Shown: in pieces, positions 28,681-37,271 of the stretch
How positions within the stretch are numbered: position 1 is the first letter of the stretch
Layout: each line of letters starts with the position of its first letter
IMG/VR virus record: IMGVR_UViG_3300025502_001322
Span: 32,001 to 96,000 of that record
Strand: one strand, 5' to 3'
Source of the DNA: a virus
Lineage: Duplodnaviria; Caudoviricetes
Length of the DNA: 64,000 bases
Translations under genes and position numbers: made by a program
Notes under the pieces: model-generated
The model's input: only the letters and a program-made list of their open reading frames with translations
Databases searched by the model: none
Told to the model about the DNA's origin: nothing

Positions 28681-28709
28681 AAAGTGCTCACTTCGGTGGG
28701 CATTTTCTT
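28681..28709 (+). terminator. Rho-independent terminator after pqqA
   Basis: AAAGTGCTCAC-TTCG-GTGGGCATTTT; C(UUCG)G tetraloop. Confidence 0.8.
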
Positions 28710-28736
28710 GACACAAACATTTTCTACCTGTATAAT
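28708..28736 (+). promoter_or_regulatory. consensus sigma70 promoter
   Basis: TTGACA-17-TATAAT. Confidence 0.8.
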
Positions 28737-28741
28737 AAGGC

Positions 28742-28990
28742 ATGAAAAAATACATTCACGTTAATCAAAACGTAATTCGCAGTAACTTGAAGAAGCAACG
28801 ACTCGATCCTGAGTTTGTAGATGTGGAACCTACCATAACTATCAAAGAAGGAAAATCTAACACATACTGCCACGAAGTAGAAATACTAGGTCCCAGCAAG
28901 GTTGTTTACGGCGAACACGGTAAACAGATACTAAGTTGTGGTGCCAGAGTCGTAATTGAAACAGACAGTAACATTAAAATAATAAGATAA
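28742..28990 (+). CDS. conserved hypothetical phage protein
   Basis: IHVNQ.VIRSN...EP.IT.K.GKSN.Y.H.V.I.GPS..LSCGARV.IET. Confidence 0.65.
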   Translation: MKKYIHVNQNVIRSNLKKQRLDPEFVDVEPTITIKEGKSNTYCHEVEILGPSKVVYGEHGKQILSCGARVVIETDSNIKIIR

Positions 28991-29000
28991 GGAGAAGCAT

Positions 29001-29546
29001 ATGATCGAGCAAAAGAAAATTCCCACCATTACCTTTATGTGTAGGGTAGGTGATGAAGAGCCTGAAGACGGCGGATGTCCAATTGGTGGGGAATTCATAC
29101 CCACAACCACAGACCAATTATTTGCTGGCAAGAGGGTAATTGTATTTTCATTGCCAGGAGCATTTACTCCAACCTGTAGTTCATTACAACTGCCTGCCTT
29201 TGAACAAGCACATGAAGACTTTTATGCACAAGGCATTGACGAAATTTATGTATCCAGTGTTAATGACAGTTTTGTAATGAATGCTTGGGCACAACACATG
29301 GGCATTAAAAAAGTAAAAGTAATTCCAGATGGCAACGGAGAGTTTGCTGACTCATTGGGTATGTTAGCAGACATGAGTGTTATTACCTTCGGTAAGCGAT
29401 CAAGACGTTTTGCTGTTGTTATTAACGATGGAGTGGTTGAACGCAGTTTTGTGGAACCAGATGGGTCCGAAGAGAATCCAGATCCATATGGAGTAAGTAG
29501 TCCTGCGCACATCCTCAAAGTATTGTCTGACGCACCTGGTGATTAA
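29001..29546 (+). CDS. peroxiredoxin (Prx5/AhpC-TSA type)
   Basis: FSLPGAFTPTCSS, SVNDSFVMNAW, IPDGNGEF, RSRRFA. Confidence 0.92.
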   Translation: MIEQKKIPTITFMCRVGDEEPEDGGCPIGGEFIPTTTDQLFAGKRVIVFSLPGAFTPTCSSLQLPAFEQAHEDFYAQGIDEIYVSSVNDSFVMNAWAQHMGIKKVKVIPDGNGEFADSLGMLADMSVITFGKRSRRFAVVINDGVVERSFVEPDGSEENPDPYGVSSPAHILKVLSDAPGD

Positions 29547-29549
29547 TAA

Positions 29550-29735
29550 ATGCACTTAGAGCGGTGCGCAAGATGTAACTCGTTGCTCAAGTGTGCGGCT
29601 CGTACACCAGAGGTTGAATGCTGGTGTACGATTATGCCACCCCTTGTCGAAATCAATAAGGATCAAGGTTGTTACTGTGGTCAGTGTTATAGACAGATTC
29701 TTAATGAACAAAACACACAAGAGTTAAGAGGCTAA
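29550..29735 (+). CDS. cysteine-rich CWC protein
   Basis: C.RC...C...ECWC...CYCGQC. Confidence 0.75.
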   Translation: MHLERCARCNSLLKCAARTPEVECWCTIMPPLVEINKDQGCYCGQCYRQILNEQNTQELRG

Positions 29736-29879
29736 ATGAAAACTTGGATAGTTTTACAAAAACGAGACAAGAACGTTAACTACAAATACATATCATTATT
29801 GCATTGCAATAAATACCACTGTGGAGTCAGGAGTACTTCACAAATTTAAATGCGTCAAGAGTACGCAGAAAGGTAATAA

Positions 29880-30217
<338 letters not shown>

Positions 30218-30218
<1 letters not shown>

Positions 30219-31441
30219 TGGACTTAGCATATAGTTTAGACACATTCTACTTCCTGGTATGCGGAGCCCTGGTCATGTTCATGGCGGCAGGCTTTACAAT
30301 GCTAGAAGCAGGTATGGTTCGTAGTAAAAACGTAGCAGAAATTATCACCAAGAACTTTGCACTGTATGGTGTTGCATGTTTGATGTATCTATTATGTGGA
30401 TACGGAATCATGTATGGTTCAGGAGAAGGCTGGGTACCTGGGTTCGGTACACTGATCGGCGCCGACAATACTGTAGCAAGTGAAGAGGCTTACTACAGTG
30501 TTCTGAGTGACTTCTTCTTCCAAGTGGTATTTGTTGCAACTGCAATGAGTATCGTAAGTGGTGCTGTAGCAGAGCGCATCAAGTTATGGAGTTTTCTATT
30601 ATTTGCTGTGGTGATGACAGGCTTTATCTATCCTATCCAAGGATTTTGGAAATGGGGAGGTGGTGCATTAGATCAACTTAACTTTTTGGACTTTGCTGGC
30701 TCAGGTGTTGTACACCTAGCAGGAGCAAGTGCCGCACTAGCAGGTGTTATACTGTTGGGCGCACGTAAAGGCAAGTACGGACCAGACGGTAAACCTAGAG
30801 CTATTCAGGCCAGTAACTTGACACTGGTAGGACTAGGCACATGGGTGTTGTGGTTAGGTTGGTTTGGTTTCAATGGCGGAAGTCAATTGCAAATCACTGG
30901 TTTACTGAATGCCAATGCAGTAGCACAAATTTTCGTCAACACAAACATGGCGGCAGTTGGTGGCCTACTAGCGGCAATGATAGCAAGTAAACTGATCACA
31001 AAGAAGACAGACTTAACAATTACACTTAATGGCGCACTGGCAGGTTTAGTTGCTGTAACAGCAGAACCACTCACAGGATCTGCACTTGCAAGTACCTTTA
31101 TTGGTGCAGTAGGTGGCGTACTGTGTTATGCCAGTATCATAACACTGGATCGTGTGTTTAAGATAGACGACCCAGTTGGTGCAATTTCAGTGCATGGCGT
31201 TGCAGGAATTTGGGGACTAATAGCAGTAGCGTTTACTAATCCTGATGCAGGGTTTGGTAACCAAATATTTGGTGCAGTTGTTATCTTTGCATTTGTATTC
31301 TCGACCAGTTTTGTTACTTGGTACATTATCAAGAAAGCAATCGGGTTAAGAGTGGATATTAAAGAAGAACATGAAGGCTCAGACATGGAAGAATGTGGAC
31401 TTGTAGCATATCCAGAATTTAGGATGTCAAACAAAATTTAA
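30218..31441 (+). CDS. amtB: ammonium transporter
   Basis: DFAGSGVVH, WFGFNGGS, DDPVGAISVHG; both pore His residues present. Confidence 0.96.
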
Positions 31442-31458
31442 CAACTGTTAAACAGATT

Positions 31459-31486
31459 AGCCAGCTCACTTGGGGCTGGCTTTTTT
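31459..31486 (+). terminator. Rho-independent terminator
   Basis: AGCCAGCTC-ACTT-GGGGCTGGCT followed by a T run. Confidence 0.8.
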
Positions 31487-31531
31487 GTGACTTCACGTGA
31501 TAAATACTTGTGAGGGCAAGGGGGCATTATT

Positions 31532-31693
31532 ATGATGTACATGGATTACTTTTTTCATATCGATAAGAGGGGAAACTCGATTCAATTTGACAGAGAATTA
31601 GATGTCAGCGATATGATCGAAGATGGAGCAAAATTCGAAGCGCAAGTAAACGAAAATGGTAGATTAACACTGGTTAGAGAAGTCTCTGAATAA
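31532..31693 (+). CDS. small hypothetical protein, 53 aa
   Basis: Manual translation MMYMDYFFHIDKRGNSIQFDRELDV...; TAAATA at 31501 and G-rich SD. Confidence 0.55.
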   Translation: MMYMDYFFHIDKRGNSIQFDRELDVSDMIEDGAKFEAQVNENGRLTLVREVSE

Positions 31694-32597
31694 CCCATTG
31701 TAGATCAACGTTATTCTCATCTGACGTTTTGTAGGTTGCCCTATATGTACCTGACTCTGGTACATAGTAAAAAGGGGCCTTCCTCCAATGTGAGTGCATA
31801 AAGTTATATAGGTAATCTTCCTCCATGATAGGCACGAAGGCTATCAGACCTTTGGGTATCTCAAGTGTAAAATCTATCAATGGGAAAACATGTGTTGGGT
31901 ATTCAAGGTCAAATCTATATTCTGGCAAGTTACTGGGAGACCAGTTGACTGTGTGTAGTTTAGTCCTAGGATATATACTTCTCATGTACTCGTCTACTGA
32001 TCTCCATTGGTACATTCTTAGGTCTTCTGTGTCTGTCGTAACTACCGCTTCTAGAAACTCTGCAGGTAAACTATGCTTGTTAAGGTAGGCAGCCTGATCT
32101 GGTACACCGCCTAAAAAGTTATAAGTTTCCCAACTATGTACCTCAATAGAAACATCATTGGGAATAAAAACGCAATCTGACTTTGCAAAGTTTTTAGCAC
32201 ACCACCATGTAGTTAGAATCCCTTCATCTATACCTGCACCGCCTAGTGTTTCCGAAATTACGACATCTATAGAGTCAGGGTCTATCAGCTGTTCCACCTC
32301 ATCAGTCCAAAAATTTGTATTAATTACAGTGTACCTATCACTATCGAAACATTTGCTTAAGACTCCATGTAGGATAGGCGAGATTCCTGGATCAGACTCA
32401 ACAGCATATACGTGTTTGGCGCCTGCTTGAAGCGCATAATATGTGAGTAGCCCAGATCCCGCACCTACATCTAAGACCACCTTATTGGGACAATTCTGCT
32501 CAATACGGTGCTTAAACCACTCGTTACGAGATCGATCGTTAAGCATTTCAGCGTGTTGCACTAGTGTATTTGATTGTACTGGATATCGATCAGACAT
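31674..32597 (-). CDS. class I SAM methyltransferase, PRMT-like
   Basis: EMLNDRSRNEWF, VLDVGAGSGLL, AGAKHVYAVE, DVVISETLG. Confidence 0.75.
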   Translation of the reverse strand: MSDRYPVQSNTLVQHAEMLNDRSRNEWFKHRIEQNCPNKVVLDVGAGSGLLTYYALQAGAKHVYAVESDPGISPILHGVLSKCFDSDRYTVINTNFWTDEVEQLIDPDSIDVVISETLGGAGIDEGILTTWWCAKNFAKSDCVFIPNDVSIEVHSWETYNFLGGVPDQAAYLNKHSLPAEFLEAVVTTDTEDLRMYQWRSVDEYMRSIYPRTKLHTVNWSPSNLPEYRFDLEYPTHVFPLIDFTLEIPKGLIAFVPIMEEDYLYNFMHSHWRKAPFYYVPESGTYRATYKTSDENNVDLQWVIQRLL

Positions 32598-32641
32598 ATA
32601 CTTATATTTAATATAAATACAGTACACCACAAGGAATTAAT

Positions 32642-32965
32642 ATGGCTCGCATTATTATTCTTATATGTGCTATGTTATATTCGGTATCAGCATATAGCGA
32701 AGAACTACCTAGATTACAAATTAATAAACTTATTCCACTAGAGAAATGTGTGTATAAAGCAAAACTAGCGGCTGCCGCTTCCTGGTTGCGCATTACAAAA
32801 AAAGCTACCGATTGCAACAGTATTAAGATACATTGGCACGGAGACGAAACAGAATACGAAATAGACTTTATTAAAGAGTGGTCCTGTGTTGGCTTTCGAT
32901 TCGACAAAGATCCGATTAAAACTGGTGATACTGTCTATCTAGATTGTATTAAAAAGTTACCGTGA
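32642..32965 (+). CDS. secreted hypothetical protein
   Basis: Signal peptide, SD AAGGA. Confidence 0.6.
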   Translation: MARIIILICAMLYSVSAYSEELPRLQINKLIPLEKCVYKAKLAAAASWLRITKKATDCNSIKIHWHGDETEYEIDFIKEWSCVGFRFDKDPIKTGDTVYLDCIKKLP

Positions 32966-33474
32966 GACACAGTTTCTCATGGACCATGAGAAACATACTA
33001 ACAATTATTTGTGCTGTATTATCTTTGTCAGCCAGCGCACAGAACAATGGCACAATCGACTACAATTATGTAGACTTGCTATTAAAACATATAAATGTTA
33101 GCTCTGATTTAGGCATACCCAAAAAAGGTACTCCAGAATATCCTACAGTAGTGTTTGTTCCAGCCGAGGAAGTATATAAGTTAGTATGCCATAACAGTTT
33201 AAAGTGTACTGCTGTGGCAGCCGCTAAATGGAACCTAGTACTGTTAACCAAGTACGTGGACTTAGATACCCCAGAAGGAGATTCTATTTTATATCATGAA
33301 CTAGTGCATGTGGCACAGTGGTATACAAAAGGCACAGCCAAAACCTGCAAAGAATGGTCAGACAACGAAATACAAGCATATCTACTGCAACACAAATATT
33401 CACAGTCTAAAGGTCATGACATGGACGTGATATATAAATGGATACAGACTATACGTAAGCGTTGCAATTATTAG
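32962..33474 (+). CDS. secreted protein with zincin-like HExxH motif
   Basis: ILYHELVHVAQ...EIQAY. Confidence 0.55.
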   Translation: MRHSFSWTMRNILTIICAVLSLSASAQNNGTIDYNYVDLLLKHINVSSDLGIPKKGTPEYPTVVFVPAEEVYKLVCHNSLKCTAVAAAKWNLVLLTKYVDLDTPEGDSILYHELVHVAQWYTKGTAKTCKEWSDNEIQAYLLQHKYSQSKGHDMDVIYKWIQTIRKRCNY

Positions 33475-33518
33475 TTTTTTAGTGTATAATCCAAGCATAA
33501 ATTAACAAAGGAAAACAA

Positions 33519-34250
33519 GTGTATAAGGAACAAGTTACTTGGGTCCACCATTGGGGCGACAAAACATTTAGTTTTCGCACAACCAGAAATCAATCATTTA
33601 GATTCAATGCTGGCGAGTTTGCTATGATTGGATTGGAAGCAGATGGAAAGAAAATACTACGTGCGTACAGTATTGCCAGCGCACCATGGGAAGAACACTT
33701 GGAGTGGTTAAGTGTAAAAGTACAAGACGGTGAACTGACCGGCAAACTGCAACATCTTAAAGAAGGTGACGAGGTTATCATCATGCCCAAGTGTGTGGGC
33801 ACATTACGCAACGAAGCATTTACAGACGGTGACACGCTCTGGATGATGGCAACAGGCACTGGTCTGGCGCCTTTTATGAGCCTGATACGTGATGTGGACA
33901 CACTAGAACGTTGGAGTAAAATTATACTTGTTCACAGTGTGCGTAACAGAGAAGAACTTGCATACAAGCACGAACTAACTCGCAAGTTTGTGGGCACAGA
34001 ACTATTTGATCTAATGCATAATACCTTAGAATATGTACCTATCGTAACAGGTGAAGGCGGTGACCGCATTACCACACAGTTAGAATCAGGCAGCCTAGCA
34101 GTAAACACTGATTCAGACAAAATTATGATATGTGGTAACATGACATTTAATGAAGACGTTATGGCTTGGTGCGAAAGTAAAGACATGCGAGAAGGTACTT
34201 TACGTACACCTGGCGATTATGTGTTTGAAAGAGCATTCGTAGAAAAATAA
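33519..34250 (+). CDS. fpr: ferredoxin/flavodoxin-NADP+ reductase
   Basis: RAYSIAS, G.LT, ATGTGLAPF, MICGN, ERAF; TTGCAA-17-TATAAT promoter at 33462-33490. Confidence 0.93.
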   Translation: MYKEQVTWVHHWGDKTFSFRTTRNQSFRFNAGEFAMIGLEADGKKILRAYSIASAPWEEHLEWLSVKVQDGELTGKLQHLKEGDEVIIMPKCVGTLRNEAFTDGDTLWMMATGTGLAPFMSLIRDVDTLERWSKIILVHSVRNREELAYKHELTRKFVGTELFDLMHNTLEYVPIVTGEGGDRITTQLESGSLAVNTDSDKIMICGNMTFNEDVMAWCESKDMREGTLRTPGDYVFERAFVEK

Positions 34251-34322
34251 GCGGATATCGTATAATGGTTATTACGTGGCGTTGCCAACGCTACAATGTG
34301 AGTTCGATTCTCACTATCCGCT
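34251..34322 (+). tRNA. tRNA-Gly(GCC)
   Basis: GCGGATA/TATCCGC acceptor stem; loop TTGCCAA; GTGAG-TTCGATT-CTCAC. Confidence 0.9.
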
Positions 34323-34328
34323 CAAAAC

Positions 34329-34364
34329 GGAAGTAGGTGTTATACTGTATCGAGGGTTCGAATC
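34329..34364 (+). pseudogene. deleted tRNA remnant (Ser-like)
   Basis: GGAAGT...TATCGAGGGTTCGAATC with no D arm, anticodon arm or 3' acceptor strand. Confidence 0.4.
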
Positions 34365-34381
34365 ATTAGATAAATATTCAT

Positions 34382-35890
34382 ATGTATGACGCAGTTTTTC
34401 TCACCGACCATGATGATGTAACCGATGTCAGTATCATAACATTAGGTCCATATAAATGCGCACACGTCTTACGCAAACTAGGTTACAAATGTCTTGTTGT
34501 AACCAACACGGTGAATTTCACCGAAGAAGATTTTAAAGAATTATTTTTTTACGCTATAGGACATAATACAAAGTTAGTGGGGTTCAGCACAACTTTCCAA
34601 TGGGTCAGTGAAGATGGTCTTGCGTCAGGTGAAAAGAGCAGAGAAGAACTAATTCTCATTGAGATAAAGAAATATAACAAAGACACGAAGATTGTTTTAG
34701 GAGGATCAAAATCACACAGAGAGTGCGCTAATAAAAATGTAGATTTTGCTGTAGTAGGACTAGGTGAGACAAGTATAGTTCATATTATGAATCACCTAGA
34801 TCATGGGCAACCACTAAAAGACAGTTTTGTAAACATACATGGCGTCACTATTGTTGACAGTCAAAATAAAGAAACATATGATTTTATGTCTGATGTGATG
34901 CATTGGTTGCCGGAGGATGTAGTTAATTATAGAACACTACCTATTGAAATGGCCAGGGGGTGTATATTCAAATGTAAATTTTGTTTTCACAGAAATTTAG
35001 GCAAAAAGAAGTTAGAGTACGTTAAAAAGTTTGATGCTCTCAAACAAGAACTGCATCAAGCATACAAGGACTTTAATATCACTCATTATCAGATAGTAGA
35101 CGACACATTTAATGATGATGTAGACAAACTTGAACAGATTAGGAAAGTAACAGACACATTACCAGAACAACTCCGTCTCTGGTGTTATATGAGATTAGAC
35201 CTACTAGGCCGCAATCCACAAAGCATACCTATACTAAAGGATATGGGGGTTAGAGCTACAATATTCGGAATAGAGACCATGCATCCTAAAGCGGCTTCTG
35301 TTATAGGCAAAGGTGGTAGCAGACAGCGAGTAATAGACACTTTGCAGATGTTACGTACAGACTTCTCTGACTTATCAATGCATAGTGGTTTTATTGCGGG
35401 ACTGCCTTATGAACCTGTATCATCTTTAGAACGTACTTTAGAAGATTTAATATCTGGTAAAATACCGTTACATAGTTGGAACTGGATGGCATTTGTAATA
35501 CAAAAGTCAGGAATATATCAGGCAGACAGTACTTTTAACCTAGAGTATGAGAAATACGGCTATAGGAATAGAGGTTATGTTTGGGCAGATAAAAAGACAA
35601 TTAACCAAGTAGCCAACAATGCACTAGTTAACTGGGAAAGAGACGACTGGAATTTTGAAGATGCCTGGAAATGGACAACCCAAAAAGAATTTGAGAGTGT
35701 AAATTGTGGAACATACCACTACGACGGACTATTAGCCGTTGGCACACACACTTTCCCAGCCCCTAAGTTGGACTTTGACCTCATGCGTAAAACACTATAT
35801 CAGGATGTTGATTTTTCACTGATACGTCGTGCCAAAATGCAATTTATTCAAGACTATAAGAAAAAATTATTCAAATTAATAAAAACTTAA
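34382..35890 (+). CDS. cobalamin-binding-type radical SAM protein
   Basis: EMARGCIFKCKFC, DDTFND, FGIET; N-terminal B12-binding-like domain. Confidence 0.85.
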   Translation: MYDAVFLTDHDDVTDVSIITLGPYKCAHVLRKLGYKCLVVTNTVNFTEEDFKELFFYAIGHNTKLVGFSTTFQWVSEDGLASGEKSREELILIEIKKYNKDTKIVLGGSKSHRECANKNVDFAVVGLGETSIVHIMNHLDHGQPLKDSFVNIHGVTIVDSQNKETYDFMSDVMHWLPEDVVNYRTLPIEMARGCIFKCKFCFHRNLGKKKLEYVKKFDALKQELHQAYKDFNITHYQIVDDTFNDDVDKLEQIRKVTDTLPEQLRLWCYMRLDLLGRNPQSIPILKDMGVRATIFGIETMHPKAASVIGKGGSRQRVIDTLQMLRTDFSDLSMHSGFIAGLPYEPVSSLERTLEDLISGKIPLHSWNWMAFVIQKSGIYQADSTFNLEYEKYGYRNRGYVWADKKTINQVANNALVNWERDDWNFEDAWKWTTQKEFESVNCGTYHYDGLLAVGTHTFPAPKLDFDLMRKTLYQDVDFSLIRRAKMQFIQDYKKKLFKLIKT

Positions 35891-35987
35891 AGGTACGAAT
35901 GTAATTTTCTTAGTAATGAAAAAAGGTTAATAAATCTTGGTAAAAAGATTGCAAAAGAGTTCAATTTCAGTTATATTTTATGGTTAC

Positions 35988-36077
35988 GGAGAGTTGGCTG
36001 AGTGGCTAAAGGCAACGGTTTACTAAACCGTCATACGTGAATACGTGTCGTGGGTTCGAATCCCACACTCTCCGCCA
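35988..36077 (+). tRNA. tRNA-Ser with ACT anticodon
   Basis: GGAGAGT/ACTCTCC, G73, CCA; ACGGT-TTACTAA-ACCGT; long variable arm. Confidence 0.85.
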
Positions 36078-36083
36078 GACCAC

Positions 36084-36112
36084 TTGACAAGAAAGTTTTA
36101 CGGCACTACAAT
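36084..36112 (+). promoter_or_regulatory. sigma70 promoter
   Basis: TTGACA-17-TACAAT. Confidence 0.65.
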
Positions 36113-36161
36113 AAATAACATCTATAATCTATTAGAAATAAATAACATCTATAATCTATTA
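36110..36161 (+). repeat. direct repeat of a 25-bp TAAATA-containing unit
   Basis: AATAAATAACATCTATAATCTATTA at 36110-36134 and 36137-36161. Confidence 0.9.
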
Positions 36162-36177
36162 AAGGAGAAAAAATTAG

Positions 36178-36540
36178 ATGGCATACTGGGGATATCACGC
36201 AATGTTTGATTGCGCCGCATGTGACAAAGAACTTGTTATGAGCAAAGAAAATGTTTATAACTTTATTAAAGAATTAGTTCCAGCAATTGGTATGAAGGCA
36301 TTTGGTGAACCAATGATCGAGCATTTTGCTACGCATGCCCCTGATAAGGCAGGTCTTAGTTGTTGCCAAATGATTGAGACCAGTAATATTTGCGGACACT
36401 TTGTAGATAGCAATGGTGATGCTTATATTGATATTTTTTCGTGTAAGCCAGTTGATATTGGTGTAGCACAAGATGTTATTGAAAAGTTTTTTAAGCCTAC
36501 AAAAACTCGTGTTAATTTCTTAACACGTAGCGCAGGATAA
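36178..36540 (+). CDS. speD: pyruvoyl-dependent AdoMetDC (SpeD)-family decarboxylase
   Basis: GYHAMFD, IET-SNICGH self-cleavage site, DIFSCK. Confidence 0.85.
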   Translation: MAYWGYHAMFDCAACDKELVMSKENVYNFIKELVPAIGMKAFGEPMIEHFATHAPDKAGLSCCQMIETSNICGHFVDSNGDAYIDIFSCKPVDIGVAQDVIEKFFKPTKTRVNFLTRSAG

Positions 36541-36552
36541 ATTGGAGATAGT

Positions 36553-36708
36553 ATGACAGTTAAAAAGAAGAACAGCCCATTAGCATATGAATCAGGCAAT
36601 CCAAGACTTGGTCCAATGAGTACTGAAGCATTACAAGACCTACTAGGTAAATGTAGACCAAGACACAAGAACAAAATTTCACACGAGTTAGCAAAACGTA
36701 GTAAATAG
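36553..36708 (+). CDS. small basic hypothetical protein, 51 aa
   Basis: Manual translation MTVKKKNSPLAYESGNPRLGPMS...; SD GGAG. Confidence 0.6.
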   Translation: MTVKKKNSPLAYESGNPRLGPMSTEALQDLLGKCRPRHKNKISHELAKRSK

Positions 36709-36714
36709 ATGCGT

Positions 36715-36788
36715 GCCCGGTTAGTTAAATGGTATAACGATGGTTTTGTAAACCTTAATTGGCAGTTCAATTCTGTCACTGGGCACCA
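36715..36788 (+). tRNA. tRNA-Thr(TGT)
   Basis: GCCCGGT/ACTGGGC-ACCA; loop TTTGTAA; GGCAG-TTCAATT-CTGTC. Confidence 0.85.
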
Positions 36789-36809
36789 TTTTTCAATTAT
36801 AGGTACAAT

Positions 36810-37232
36810 ATGAAAAAACTTATAGCGACAGTACTAATTTTAATATCACCGTTTGTGTTTGCACGTCGTGAATATATTGATGATCCTGCACTGCATGTAC
36901 ATGAACCAACAGAAACTCTACGCTTCATGCCCCAAGAAATTGATAAAGTTTTAGGTAGGCCTGACATATTTGAGGCATATTGGGAAATTAACGGTCCGTA
37001 CATAAACAACAATAAAGTTCACATGCGTAGAATGTTGTTCTTTGTGGACTGTTCACCAGAAAACTTCCCTGAAACTAAACCAGTGCATGTAGCTCTAAGC
37101 ACGATTGCGCTAGGTGGAGAGCAAGGTCATATGATTAAGATTATCTTAGTCCCACCCGGCACTGAAGAGTGGATGGATTGGTCTGAAGTAAGTTTTATTA
37201 AACAAGAAGATATTTCAAAGATATGTAAATGA
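36810..37232 (+). CDS. secreted hypothetical protein
   Basis: Signal peptide MKKLIATVLILISPFVFA. Confidence 0.6.
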   Translation: MKKLIATVLILISPFVFARREYIDDPALHVHEPTETLRFMPQEIDKVLGRPDIFEAYWEINGPYINNNKVHMRRMLFFVDCSPENFPETKPVHVALSTIALGGEQGHMIKIILVPPGTEEWMDWSEVSFIKQEDISKICK

Positions 37233-37233
37233 A

Positions 37234-37257
37234 GTTCGAGTCTCGTCCGTTCCGCCA
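37234..37257 (+). pseudogene. 3' tRNA fragment
   Basis: GTTCGAGTCTCGTCCGTTCCGCCA: T-loop, 3' acceptor strand and CCA with no 5' half. Confidence 0.6.
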
Positions 37258-37271
37258 AGTAAGTATATAAT

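Noticed and set aside
29736-29849. 37-codon ORF upstream of glnK
   Set aside because: No clear SD or motif, and it contains a TAAATA element, so it is more likely the promoter/leader region.
36015-36031. Reading the tRNA-Ser loop as a CTA amber suppressor
   Set aside because: The 5-bp stem and 7-nt loop put ACT at positions 34-36. Genes end normally at TAG, and long ORFs are intact under code 11.
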